Shown here: positions 1 through 9,410 of the stretch, piece by piece
How the letters are laid out: every line of letters starts with the position of its first letter
Position numbering within the stretch: the first letter of the stretch is position 1
Assembly: GCA_050696635.1 (NCBI GenBank)
Contig: JBOGYE010000259.1
Span: forward strand, 503-64,502
Source: Solirubrobacteraceae bacterium
GTDB taxonomy: Bacteria; Actinomycetota; Thermoleophilia; Solirubrobacterales; Solirubrobacteraceae
Direction: 5' to 3'
Length of the DNA: 64,000 nt
Program-made: the position numbers and the translations under genes
Notes under the pieces: model-generated
The model's database searches: none
What the model saw: only the letters and a program-made list of their open reading frames with translations
What the model was told of the DNA's origin: nothing

Positions 1-1
1 G

Positions 2-187
2 GTCAGCGCCCCGGTGAGCGGCCGCGCTGGCGCGATCGCCGAGGCGGTCCGGCGGCTGACCGACGCCGGCGTCGGTGTCGATGACATCCACCTGCGCCGG
101 CCGACGCTCGATGACGTGTTCCTGGCGCTGACCGGACACGCCGCCGAACCCGCGCCGGAACCCGAGGCGGCGGAGGCGCGGCGATGA
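2..187 (+). CDS. ABC transporter ATP-binding protein (DrrA-like), 3' fragment
   Basis: Frame 2 reads ...VDDIHLRRPTLDDVFLALTG...*, the typical DrrA C-terminus. Its stop overlaps the next ATG (ATGA). Truncated by the window edge. Confidence 0.8.
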   Translation, partial: VSAPVSGRAGAIAEAVRRLTDAGVGVDDIHLRRPTLDDVFLALTGHAAEPAPEPEAAEARR

Positions 188-948
188 GGCGCCTGGCGAC
201 GGACACGCTGATCATCGCCGAACGCAACCTGATCAGGCTGCCGCGCAAGCCCGAGCTGCTGCTGGCGTTCACCGTGCAGCCGATCATGTTCGTGCTGCTG
301 TTCCGGTACGTGTTCGGCGGCGCGATCGGGACCGGGAGCGTCTCCTACGTGGACTTCCTGGTCCCGGGGATCATCGTCCAGAACATCGCCTTCGGCGGCT
401 TCGTGACCGCGCTGGGGCTGAACGAGGACGTCCACAAGGGGCTGATCGATCGCTTCCGCTCGCTGCCGATGGCCCGGCCGGCGGTGCTCGCCGGCCGCAC
501 GCTGGCCGACGTGGTGACCAACTTTCTGTCGGTCTGCGTGCTGGTCGTGACCGGCCTGATCATCGGCTTCTCGTTCAACGCCCCGGTGCCGGACGTCGTC
601 GCCGGGTTCGCGCTGCTGCTGCTGTTCGGCTACGCGTTCTCGTGGGTGTTCGCGCTCGTCGGGTTGATCGCCTCCACGCCGGAGTCGGCCAACTCGGTCG
701 GCTTCATCGCGATCTTCCCGTTGACCTTCATCTCCTCCGCGTTCGTTCCGGTGGGATCGATGCCGGCGGTCCTGCGGGCGTTCGCGAACGTAAACCCGTT
801 CACGATCGTGGTCGACGCGATGCGCTCGCTGTGGATCGGCACGCCGGCTCACAGCTACGTCTGGGGGGCGGTGGCTTGGTCGATCGGGATCCTGGTCGTG
901 TTCGCCCCCCTGGCCGTCGCGCGCTACCGGCGCGCGGTCGGCGACTGA
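184..948 (+). CDS. ABC-2 type exporter permease (DrrB-like)
   Basis: 254 aa hydrophobic protein with GLIDRFRSLPM, YVDFLVPG and NPFT motifs. Coupled to the ATPase. Confidence 0.9.
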   Translation: MRRLATDTLIIAERNLIRLPRKPELLLAFTVQPIMFVLLFRYVFGGAIGTGSVSYVDFLVPGIIVQNIAFGGFVTALGLNEDVHKGLIDRFRSLPMARPAVLAGRTLADVVTNFLSVCVLVVTGLIIGFSFNAPVPDVVAGFALLLLFGYAFSWVFALVGLIASTPESANSVGFIAIFPLTFISSAFVPVGSMPAVLRAFANVNPFTIVVDAMRSLWIGTPAHSYVWGAVAWSIGILVVFAPLAVARYRRAVGD

Positions 949-1003
949 CGAGCCGGCACGCCGCGGGCCCCGCTTTCGGGCGCCCTGCTGTAGAACGGGC
1001 ACG

Positions 1004-1744
1004 ATGGCCGGCTATGACCAGACTCTCGGGGGCGGCTACGCGCTGCGGCGCCGGCCCGATCCGCGGATCGCAGCGCTGATCCGCCGGGCGCTGGGCGACG
1101 CCCGACGGGTCGTCAACGTGGGCGCCGGCGCCGGCAGCTACGAGCCCACCGACCTGGACGTCGTCGCGGTCGAGCCGTCCGCCGTGATGCGCGCCCAGCG
1201 GCCGCCGGATGGCGCTCGGTGCCTGGACGCGCGAGCGGAGCAGCTGCCGTTCGCCGACGGCGACTTCGACGTTGCCCTGGCGGTGTTGACGCTGCATCAC
1301 TGGAGCGACTGGCGCGCCGGCTGCGCCGAACTGCGCCGCGTCGCCCGGCGCTGCGTCGTGCTCACCTGGGACCCTACGGTCACGGCGCGGTTCTGGCTGC
1401 TCGCCGAGTACCTGCCGAGCCTGCTCCAGGCCGACCGGCGGCGCTTCTGCGTGACGCTGGACGACCAGATCGGGGCGCTTCGCGCCGGCCGCGTCGAGAC
1501 GGTGCCGATCCCCCACGACTGCACCGACGGCTTCCTGTGCGCCCACTGGCGGGCGCCTGAGCGCTATCTGGACCCGGAGGTGCGCCGGCGCATGAGCGTG
1601 TTCGTCAAGACCCCGGAGACGCAGATCACCGCGGGCCTGAGCCGCCTCGAGCGCGATCTGCGCAGCGGCGCCTGGGCGCAGAGCCACCACGAGCTGCTCG
1701 AGCTCGAGGAGCTGGACCTCGGCTACCGGTTGCTGGTCAGTTGA
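1004..1744 (+). CDS. Class I SAM-dependent methyltransferase
   Basis: VVNVGAGAGSYE SAM motif I, AVEPS, AEQLPFADGDFD, LHHW. Confidence 0.9.
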   Translation: MAGYDQTLGGGYALRRRPDPRIAALIRRALGDARRVVNVGAGAGSYEPTDLDVVAVEPSAVMRAQRPPDGARCLDARAEQLPFADGDFDVALAVLTLHHWSDWRAGCAELRRVARRCVVLTWDPTVTARFWLLAEYLPSLLQADRRRFCVTLDDQIGALRAGRVETVPIPHDCTDGFLCAHWRAPERYLDPEVRRRMSVFVKTPETQITAGLSRLERDLRSGAWAQSHHELLELEELDLGYRLLVS

Positions 1745-1961
1745 GCTGCCCGCGCGCGACGGCCAGGCAGGCCTCGCAGCGCGGCCAGGGCGGGTTCCAC
1801 GGATAGCCGGCGACGTCGCGCCCGCACAGAGCCGTGTCGGGATCGGTGTCGGTGACCAGGTGGCACAGCTCCTGAAGGCCGCCGTCCCCGATCCGCGGCA
1901 CGTTGCGGCATTCCGGGTCGACGTTGGGGTGGCGGGTGGGGGAGTGCGGCGGCGCGGTCAC
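1737..1961 (-). CDS. Small hypothetical protein, putative Zn-binding (H..ALCG..CxxC)
   Basis: 74 aa: CHLVTDTDPDTALCGRDVAGYPWNPPWPRCEAC. Fills the gap between the flanking genes. Confidence 0.6.
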   Translation of the reverse strand: MTAPPHSPTRHPNVDPECRNVPRIGDGGLQELCHLVTDTDPDTALCGRDVAGYPWNPPWPRCEACLAVARGQLN

Positions 1962-1976
1962 GGTCGGTCAGCCTAT

Positions 1977-2137
1977 GGGCCCGTAGAAGAACAAGCTTGC
2001 GTTTGAGGCGCCCGATGCGCTTCGCGGATGCTTCGTCCTCGTCGCCTTGCGCAGCGCTGCTGCGCGGCTGCTCCTGCGTCCTCGCCCCGCTCGCTCCTCG
2101 GACCCCTCATTCCGCAACCTTATCCTTCTACGAACCC
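1977..2137. mobile_element. MITE/ERIC-like long hairpin insertion (161 bp) with TAT target duplication
   Basis: Ends gggcccgtagaagaacaagcttgcg / cgcaaccttatccttctacgaaccc are imperfect inverted repeats. Flanked by TAT at 1974-1976 and 2138-2140. Central hairpin gcgcagc-gct-gctgcgc. Confidence 0.7.
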
Positions 2138-4309
2138 TATCGCGCGCAGGTGGGTCAGCGGGCGTGCCGCGCGCAGCTCGCGAACGACGGCGTCCAGCAC
2201 CCCGTCCGCGGGCCGGGCGACGCCGTCGGTGACCGCGTCCACGGTCGCCCGCTTGGCCGCGAGCAGCCGCGCGATTCGCTCGTCGATCGTCCCGGCGGCC
2301 AGCAGGTACCAGGCCGTGACCGCATCGCGCTGGCCGATCCGGTGGCAGCGGTCCTCGGCCTGGTCGTGCATCGCCGGGGTCCACTCGAGCTCCAGGAAGG
2401 CGACGTTCGAGGCCCGCGTGAGCGTGATCCCCTGACCGGCGGCGCGGGTCGCGCAGACGATCAGCCGCGGCCCGCCGGAGGACTGGAAGGCGGCGATCGT
2501 AGCCTCACGCGCGGGCAGCGGGTCGGCGCCGAGCAGGTGCAGGGCGTCAGGGAAGCGGCGCAGCACGGCGCGCTGGATCTCCACATGGCGAGCGAACAGC
2601 ACCAGCGGCTCTCCTGAGGCAAGGAAGTCGGCGATCCAGGTCAGCGCCGCGGCCAGCTTGCCGCGCGCGGCCAGCGCGGCCAGCGCGCTCAGCTGCGCCA
2701 GGCGCTGGGCGCGCAGCGCCGCGGCGATCTTGGCGGCCAGGACCGACAGGTCAAGCGGCTGGGAGCGCAGCCAGGCGATCAGGTCGCGCTCGGCGAGGCG
2801 GTACTCGGTCTCGTTGGTCAGCGCGACCGGCACCACGACCCGCCGCTTGGCGGGCAGCTGGGGGAGTACCTCGGACTTGCGCCGGCGCACGAAGCAGACG
2901 CGCCGCAGGTGCCAGTGCAAGCGCTCCTCGTAAAGCTCGCCGCGAAACCGGCGCGCGAACTCGGCCGCGGACCCGAACTCGGCCATCCGTCCGACGATCC
3001 GCAGCTGGGGCACCAGTTCCTCGGGATGGTTGAGCACCGGCGTCCCGGTCAGCGCCAGGCGCAGCCCGTCCGGCGCGACGGCCTCCGACAGGCGGCGGAC
3101 GGCGTGCGTGCGCTTGGCCTGCGGGTTCTTGCAGTAATGGGATTCGTCGATCACCAGCGCGCGCGGGCGACGGCGGGCGAGCGCCGCGCAGTGAGCGGCG
3201 ACCAGTTCGTAGTTGAGGATCGTGATCTCGGCCGCCGGCGCCACCGAGCCGCGGCCGGTCAGCACCGCCAGCGAACGGTGGGGCAGCCAGCGGCGCGCCT
3301 CGCGCTCCCAGCCGAGCTTGATCGCCGCCGGGCAGACCACGACCGCGGGGTAGGCGCCATCGGCCTCGAGCGCCGCCAGCGCCTCGACCGTCTTGCCGAG
3401 CCCCTGCTCGTCTGCGAGGAAGCAGCCACGGGCCGCCAGCGCGTAGCGGACCGCGGCCCACTGAAACGGCGCCAGCTCGCCGCCGAGCACCCGCGCGACG
3501 CGGTCGATCGGCTCGGCGGCGCCGGCGCGCGAGCGCGCGACCGCCGCGCGGGCGGCGAGGTGCTCGGCGCGCAGCGCTTCGAGCACTGTCGCCGCCTCGG
3601 GACTGAGCGCGACGTCGTGGCGGGCGATCAGCGCGTCGAGCTCGGGGACCAGCCAAGGATCCGGGGCGACCTCGCGGGTGCCAGCGGTTCCGGGTAGACG
3701 CCTGAACGCGTGCCCCGTATCGGGGTCCCACAGGACCTCCAGTGCCAGGCGCGTGCCGTCGACGCCGTGCGCCATCACCAGACGGGCGGGCGGCGGGCGC
3801 TCGCCCCGTGCCACCAGCGCCACGCAACGCTCGGCGCCGGCGTCCAGCGAGGCGGAGCGCTGCTGGCGTAGCGCCAGCGCGATCGCCGGCGTCAGCGGCG
3901 CCAGCAGCCACCCGTCGTGCTGCACGGCGCCCTCGCGCAGCGCCTCTGGGACCTGGCCGGCGAGCGTCGTCAGCACCCACCAGCCGCGACCGTCGTGGCG
4001 CGTGGTCGAGACCGACCCGATCCAGCGGCGCGAGACTCCGGCCAGCCAGGCCGTCACCTCGGGTTCGGCGCGCAACTCGGGGAAGCGCTCCAGGGCCTCG
4101 GCGACCTTCAGCGCCGCCCAGTCACTTGCCGGCGCCGACCACTCGCGCGTGTCCCAGTCAAAGCGCCGCTGCGGGATCGAGCGGCACAGCTCGACCAGTG
4201 CCGCGTCGTAGGGAAACGACAGCACCACCGTCGGCTCGCTGCCGTCGCCGTCGGCGCCGCGGCGCATGAACACGCGGGCGGTGTCGACGACGGGTTCTAG
4301 CCTGGCCAC
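2120..4309 (-). CDS. SNF2-family (SMARCAL1/HARP-like) DEAD/H-box helicase
   Basis: LADEQGLGKT, IDESH, LTGTP and QAEDRCHRIGQ motifs. Probable start is GTG 4309 or ATG 4267; the ORF extension to 5374 is a shadow of the MFS gene. Confidence 0.9.
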   Translation of the reverse strand: MARLEPVVDTARVFMRRGADGDGSEPTVVLSFPYDAALVELCRSIPQRRFDWDTREWSAPASDWAALKVAEALERFPELRAEPEVTAWLAGVSRRWIGSVSTTRHDGRGWWVLTTLAGQVPEALREGAVQHDGWLLAPLTPAIALALRQQRSASLDAGAERCVALVARGERPPPARLVMAHGVDGTRLALEVLWDPDTGHAFRRLPGTAGTREVAPDPWLVPELDALIARHDVALSPEAATVLEALRAEHLAARAAVARSRAGAAEPIDRVARVLGGELAPFQWAAVRYALAARGCFLADEQGLGKTVEALAALEADGAYPAVVVCPAAIKLGWEREARRWLPHRSLAVLTGRGSVAPAAEITILNYELVAAHCAALARRRPRALVIDESHYCKNPQAKRTHAVRRLSEAVAPDGLRLALTGTPVLNHPEELVPQLRIVGRMAEFGSAAEFARRFRGELYEERLHWHLRRVCFVRRRKSEVLPQLPAKRRVVVPVALTNETEYRLAERDLIAWLRSQPLDLSVLAAKIAAALRAQRLAQLSALAALAARGKLAAALTWIADFLASGEPLVLFARHVEIQRAVLRRFPDALHLLGADPLPAREATIAAFQSSGGPRLIVCATRAAGQGITLTRASNVAFLELEWTPAMHDQAEDRCHRIGQRDAVTAWYLLAAGTIDERIARLLAAKRATVDAVTDGVARPADGVLDAVVRELRAARPLTHLRAIGFVEG

Positions 4310-5808
4310 GGTGCAGAGCGCGGTGGTCCTGCGCCCGCCGTCAGCGCCGCGGCGGTGCCCGCCGCGGGAGTCGGGCTGGGGTGTCGGAAGCGCTCGGCGG
4401 TCGCCGCCGCCGTGTCGTGCGCCCATGGCGTGGTGGTGACCAGGCCGAGCAGCAGGATCACGGCACCGAGCGCCACCACGATCCACCAGCTGGGATGCGT
4501 CGCGGCGGCGAAGCCTGGGCGCACGGCGCCCACGGCGGCGCCGCCGGCGATCGCGCCCAGGACGGCGACCCCCAGCGTCTGACCGACCTGCCTGCTGGTC
4601 GACGCGACCGCGGCCGCGACGCCCGCCTGCGACGCGGGCATCCCGGCGACCGCCGTATCGGTGATCGGCGGGTTGATCATCCCCGATCCAAGCCCGAACA
4701 GCACGTAGGCGACGAACAGCACCGCGACCGAGGTGTGCGGGCCGATCTGGGCGAGGATCGCGCCTGAGGCCAGCAGCGCCGCTCCGCCGACGACCAGGGG
4801 CACGCGCGCCCCGCGGCGCGAGACGATCAACCCCGACACCGGCGAGAAGATCAGCATCAGCCCGGCCATCGGCAGCGTGTACAGGCCGGCGTCCAGCGGC
4901 GACAGCCCGCGGACCTCCTGCAGATACAGCGTGTTGAGGAACAGGAAGCCGCCGAGCGCGACGAACATCGCCAGCGCCATCGCGCTGGCGCCCGAGAACG
5001 GGGCCGAGTGGAAGAAGCGGATCTCCAGCAGCGGCTCGTCGTGTCGCAGCTCGTGGATGACGAGGATCAGCATCGAGGCCACGCCCGCGGCGCCGAGCCC
5101 CAGCGTCTGCGCCGACAGCCAGCCGGCCGCGGGCGCCTCGATGATCGCGTAGGTGACCGTCGCCAGCGCGACGATCACGAGCGCCTGGCCGACCGGATCC
5201 AGCCGGCGCGGGCGCTCGGCCCGTGACTCGGGCACGAAGCGCGCCGTCAGCACGATCGCCGCGATCCCGATCGGGATGTTGACCACGAACACCGCCCGCC
5301 AGGAGAGCGAGTCGACCAGCCCGCCTCCGAGCACCGGCCCGAGCGCCATGCTCAGTCCGACGACCGCGCCCCACACGCCGATCGCCTGCGCCCGCTCACG
5401 CGGATCGGTGAACACGTTGCGGATGATCGACATCGCGACCGGGTTCAGCATCGAGCCGCCGATCGCCTGCAGCACGCGGGCGCCGATCAGAAAGCCGAGG
5501 CTGGGGGCCAGCGCGCACAGCAGCGAGCCCAGCGAGAACAGCGACAGGCCGAGCTGGAACACTCGCCGCCTGCCGAGCCGGTCCGCCGTCGAGCCGGACA
5601 CCATCAGCAGGCTGGCGAGCACCAGCGTGTAGGAATCTACGGTCCATTGCAGGCCCGAGAAGGACGAGTGCAGCGAGCGGTGGATTGCGGGCAGTGCGAC
5701 GTTGACGATCGTCGAGTCCAGGCCGACGATCAGCAGGCTCATCGAGCAGATGCAGAGGATCAGCAGCCGGCGCCGGCGGTCGGGGACGGGCTGATCGACG
5801 CTCGGCAC
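4297..5808 (-). CDS. MFS drug:H+ antiporter, DHA2 (EmrB/QacA) family
   Basis: LDSTIVNVALPAI, ADRLGRRRVF, RVLQAIGG motifs and about 14 TM segments. Start estimated at GTG 5808 (ORF open to 5835). Confidence 0.9.
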   Translation of the reverse strand: MPSVDQPVPDRRRRLLILCICSMSLLIVGLDSTIVNVALPAIHRSLHSSFSGLQWTVDSYTLVLASLLMVSGSTADRLGRRRVFQLGLSLFSLGSLLCALAPSLGFLIGARVLQAIGGSMLNPVAMSIIRNVFTDPRERAQAIGVWGAVVGLSMALGPVLGGGLVDSLSWRAVFVVNIPIGIAAIVLTARFVPESRAERPRRLDPVGQALVIVALATVTYAIIEAPAAGWLSAQTLGLGAAGVASMLILVIHELRHDEPLLEIRFFHSAPFSGASAMALAMFVALGGFLFLNTLYLQEVRGLSPLDAGLYTLPMAGLMLIFSPVSGLIVSRRGARVPLVVGGAALLASGAILAQIGPHTSVAVLFVAYVLFGLGSGMINPPITDTAVAGMPASQAGVAAAVASTSRQVGQTLGVAVLGAIAGGAAVGAVRPGFAAATHPSWWIVVALGAVILLLGLVTTTPWAHDTAAATAERFRHPSPTPAAGTAAALTAGAGPPRSAPWPG

Positions 5809-5902
5809 GCTTCGATCGTAGTCAGGGCCCACCACAACGCAATTGGCCGCGGACCCTCAGGTGATGGGCGGCGATCGCACGGATCGCCGCCCACCGCTCA
5901 GA

Positions 5903-6967
5903 TCAGCCTCCGGGGAGGTTGTTCGCCTTCAGGAACGCCTCGGCCACCGGGCCCGGCTGCTGGTGATCGATCGCGACCGCCTTGTTCATCGCGATGATCG
6001 CCGGCGTCGTCAGCAGCTTGTTGATCGCGTCAACGGTGCTCATCAGGCTCGGGCAGACGTTGAGCTTGTTCTTGTTGACCACCAGCGCGATGTTCTGGTA
6101 ACCGAACACGTGCTTGGGGTCGGTGAGCACGACGTACTTGCCGCTGGCCAGCTGCGGGTCGGTGGTGAACACGTCGGCCGCATTGATCGCGCCGCTGTCG
6201 AGCGCCTGGTACTGGAGGCCGAGCGCCAGCGACTTGAACGTGAAATTGTTCACGCCGTAGGCGCTCTTCATCCCCGCGGCGCCCTCCTGACGGTTGAGGA
6301 ACTCCGGCCTGGCGCCGAGGATGAAGTGCGGAACCTTCTTCAGGTCCGCGGTCGTCTTGAGGCCGTACTTCTGGGCGTAGGCCTTGGTCACGGCGATCGC
6401 ATCGGTGTCGAAGAACGGCGTCATCTGGCTCATCACCTGGCCGCGCTTGGCGTAGGCCTGCTTGGCAAGCTGATACTCGTCCTGCGGGCTGGTGACCGGC
6501 TTGTTGATGCCGAACACGGTCGCCACCGACTCACCGGTGTACTCGGGGTAGGCATCGATCTGTCCGCTGGTCAGCGCCTTGTCGACGACCTCGGTCGCGC
6601 CGATGTTGGGCTTGTAGTTGATCTTGCAGCCCTTGGCCGTCAGCGCCTTGTCGTACAGCGCGCCGACGATGAACTCCTCGGTGAAGTTCTTGGTCCCCAG
6701 CGTCAGCGTGCCGCCAGACGAGGCGGCGCTGCTGGTGGCCGCGCTCGAGCTGCTCGTAGCAGGCGCGGCGCTCGACGAGCTCGTGCTCGCGGCGGCCGCG
6801 CCGGAGCTGGAGCTCGAGCTCGAGCTGCTCGAGCTTCCGCAGGCGGCCACCAACGCCGCCGCCAGCAGGCCCAGCACGACTGCCACAAGCGGCCGTGCAC
6901 GACCACCTCTGCGAGGCGTTGCGCCTCGTGGAGTTCCGTTACTCATCCATCCTCCTCGTTTGGTCAT
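5903..6967 (-). CDS. Glycine betaine/quaternary amine-type ABC substrate-binding lipoprotein (OsmF/OpuBC-like)
   Basis: Lipobox LVAAC plus Ser-rich linker; GTKNFTEE, DAYPEYTG, EFLNRQEG, VFTTDP motifs. Confidence 0.9.
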   Translation of the reverse strand: MTKRGGWMSNGTPRGATPRRGGRARPLVAVVLGLLAAALVAACGSSSSSSSSSSSGAAAASTSSSSAAPATSSSSAATSSAASSGGTLTLGTKNFTEEFIVGALYDKALTAKGCKINYKPNIGATEVVDKALTSGQIDAYPEYTGESVATVFGINKPVTSPQDEYQLAKQAYAKRGQVMSQMTPFFDTDAIAVTKAYAQKYGLKTTADLKKVPHFILGARPEFLNRQEGAAGMKSAYGVNNFTFKSLALGLQYQALDSGAINAADVFTTDPQLASGKYVVLTDPKHVFGYQNIALVVNKNKLNVCPSLMSTVDAINKLLTTPAIIAMNKAVAIDHQQPGPVAEAFLKANNLPGG

Positions 6968-7665
6968 CTACTGCCTGTCTCCCAGCTGGCCTCGAGCGCG
7001 GCTGCGCTCAACCGCCGGCGTCCGGACTTCCTCATCGGCTCCGGCGTGACGGCGAGCTGGACCAGCGCCAGCAAGCCGTCGATCGCGAAGATCAGGACGA
7101 CGATCCACAGCGACGCCGCGATCACGCCTCCGGTTCCGTACGTCGGTTCGTTGACGATGATGTCGCCGAGCCCTCCGCCCCCGGCGAAGGTCGCCAGCGT
7201 GGCCGTCGCGATCACGTACACGGTCGCGGTCCGCACGCCGGCGAAGATCAGCGGCAGCGCCAGCGGCAGCTCGACCCGCACGAGCACCTGCAGCGGGCGC
7301 ATGCCCATCGCCCTGGCGGCCTGCACGGCGTCGCGGTCGACCCCCTCCACGGACACGTAGGCGTTGGTCAGGATGACCGGCCCCGCGAGGATCACCAGCG
7401 CGACGGCGACGTTCCAGAACCCGATCCCGATGATCCCGATCCCGATCGAGATCACCGCCAGGCTGGGCAGCGCCCGCCCGATGTTGGAGACGGTGATCGC
7501 CAGAAACGAGCCGCGATGCAGATGGCCGAGCCAGACTGCGAGCGGGAGCGACAGCACGATCGCGATCCCGATCGCCACGAACGACAGCTCCATATGGGCG
7601 GCCGTCTTGGAGCCGATCAGGCTCAGGTTGTGCGCGAAGAAGCTGTAGGGGTTGCCGGTGCGCAT
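6964..7665 (-). CDS. Betaine-type ABC transporter permease
   Basis: RALPSLA, QAARAMGM..LVRVELPLALP (EAA loop), GGGGLG. Confidence 0.92.
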   Translation of the reverse strand: MRTGNPYSFFAHNLSLIGSKTAAHMELSFVAIGIAIVLSLPLAVWLGHLHRGSFLAITVSNIGRALPSLAVISIGIGIIGIGFWNVAVALVILAGPVILTNAYVSVEGVDRDAVQAARAMGMRPLQVLVRVELPLALPLIFAGVRTATVYVIATATLATFAGGGGLGDIIVNEPTYGTGGVIAASLWIVVLIFAIDGLLALVQLAVTPEPMRKSGRRRLSAAALEASWETGSR

Positions 7666-7671
7666 AGCTCG

Positions 7672-8403
7672 TCACACCGCTCGCAGGGTGCGCCGGCTCC
7701 ACGGGGTGATCGCGCGCTGTACGAGCACCAGCACCAGGTCGGCGGCGATCGCAAGCAGGATCGCGAGCACGCCAGCGGCCAGGAACTCAGTCTTGAAGCC
7801 GGTCTGGATCGCCTCGAAGATCGACTCCCCGAGCCCGCCAGCGCCGATGTAGGCCGCGATCGTCGCGAGGCTGATCGTGGTCACGGTCGCGATCCGGATC
7901 CCGGCCATGATCGCCGGCAACGCCAGAGGCAGTTCGACTCGGACCAGGCTCTGGCGGGCGGTCAGGCCCATCGCCCGGGCGGCCTCCTTGGTGGCGTCGG
8001 GGACGCCACGCAGTCCGGTCAGCGCGTTGCGGAACAGGATCAGCAGCGTGTAGCCGACCAGCGCGATCTCGGCGGTGAAGCGGTTGATCCCGGTTACCTG
8101 GACCAGCACCTCGAACAGGGCGATCGCGGGGATCCCGTACAGGAACGCCGAGAACAGCGAGAACGGGCTCTCAAACCACGCGTGGCGGTAGGAGAAGATC
8201 GCCGCCGAGAACGCGATCGGCATCCCCACGCCGACCGCGATCGCGGTCAGCTCGATGTGCTGGATCAGCTGCGGCTCGAACACGCTCGACCAGTTGTGAA
8301 AGAACCAGCCCGAGCAGAACTGGCCGTTGGCGACCACGCACTTGGAGGCGCCGCCGAAGTTCGGGATCACCGGTCCGCCGGCGGCGTACAGGAACGAGAG
8401 CAT
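7672..8403 (-). CDS. Betaine-type ABC transporter permease
   Basis: EAARAMGLT..RVELPLALPAIMAGIR, IGAGGLG. Confidence 0.92.
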   Translation of the reverse strand: MLSFLYAAGGPVIPNFGGASKCVVANGQFCSGWFFHNWSSVFEPQLIQHIELTAIAVGVGMPIAFSAAIFSYRHAWFESPFSLFSAFLYGIPAIALFEVLVQVTGINRFTAEIALVGYTLLILFRNALTGLRGVPDATKEAARAMGLTARQSLVRVELPLALPAIMAGIRIATVTTISLATIAAYIGAGGLGESIFEAIQTGFKTEFLAAGVLAILLAIAADLVLVLVQRAITPWSRRTLRAV

Positions 8404-8408
8404 CGGGT

Positions 8409-9410
8409 TCAGGAGTCCTTTGCGGCTGCCTGCGTGCGGTCGGTGGGCGCGATCAGGCGGGTGATCGCCTCCAGCGCCACGCTGCCGACGGCCTCGCCTG
8501 AGCCGCCGACGACATCGATGCGACGGGTCCCTTCGGCAAGCATCTTCGACAGCGCGAAGTGCAGGCTCGTGCCGGCCGCCACCGTCGGGCGGTCTGGCGA
8601 CCGGTCGCCGCTGGGTGGCTCCAGCTCGAGGTCGTCGAGCGTACGCACGCGCAGGCGCTTGAGGCCGCGGTCCTCGCCGACGAAGCTGGCGACGAACTCG
8701 TCGGCGGGAGAGGCCAGCAGCTCGTCGGCGCCGGCCAGCTGAACTAGGTGGCCATCGCGCATGATCGCGATCCTGTCGCCCATCTTGAGCGCCTCGTCGA
8801 TGTCGTGGGTTACGAAGATGACGGTCTTGCGGACCTGCCGGTGCAGGCGCAGGAAGTCGTTCTGCAGCCGCTCGCGGGCGATCGGGTCGATCGCCCCGAA
8901 CGGCTCGTCCATCAACATGATCGGAGGGTCGGCGGCCATCGCCCGAGCGACGCCGATGCGCTGCTGCTGGCCGCCCGAGAACTCTCCTGGATAGCGGCGC
9001 AGATCGCCGCTTGGATCGAGTCCGACCAGCTCGAGCAGCTCGGCGGCACGCTCCCGGATCCGCGATTTCGACCAGCCGAGCAGTCGCGGCACGGAACCGA
9101 TGTTCGCCTCGATCGACATGTGTGGGAACAGGCCGATCTGCTGGAAGACGTAGCCGATCTGTCGCCGCAGCTGGGTCAGCTCGAGCTCGCGGACGCTGCG
9201 TCCATCGATCGTGATGTCGCCATCGGAGATCGAGATCAGGCGGTTGACCATCTTCAGCGCGGTCGTCTTGCCGCAGCCGGACGGTCCGATCAGCACGCAG
9301 ATCTCGCCCGGCGGGACCGTGAAGCTGAGATCGTGAACGGCGGCATGGTCGCGCCCTGGGTAGCGCTTGACGACCTCGCGGAATGCGATCTCCGCGGGCT
9401 CGGAGCGCAA
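8409..9410 (-). CDS. Betaine-type ABC transporter ATP-binding protein (OpuCA/ProV-like)
   Basis: GPSGCGKTT, FSGGQQQR, LMDEPFGA, VTHD. Confidence 0.95.
   Translation of the reverse strand: MRSEPAEIAFREVVKRYPGRDHAAVHDLSFTVPPGEICVLIGPSGCGKTTALKMVNRLISISDGDITIDGRSVRELELTQLRRQIGYVFQQIGLFPHMSIEANIGSVPRLLGWSKSRIRERAAELLELVGLDPSGDLRRYPGEFSGGQQQRIGVARAMAADPPIMLMDEPFGAIDPIARERLQNDFLRLHRQVRKTVIFVTHDIDEALKMGDRIAIMRDGHLVQLAGADELLASPADEFVASFVGEDRGLKRLRVRTLDDLELEPPSGDRSPDRPTVAAGTSLHFALSKMLAEGTRRIDVVGGSGEAVGSVALEAITRLIAPTDRTQAAAKDS

Noticed and set aside
2120..5374. 1084 aa ORF suggesting a giant helicase
   Set aside because: The first ~355 aa are an Arg/Gly/Ala-rich alternative frame of the MFS gene; helicase-like sequence begins near 4309.
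6700..6840. gagctc-rich repeats in the SBP gene
   Set aside because: They encode the Ser/Ala low-complexity linker after the lipobox; not a DNA-level repeat element.
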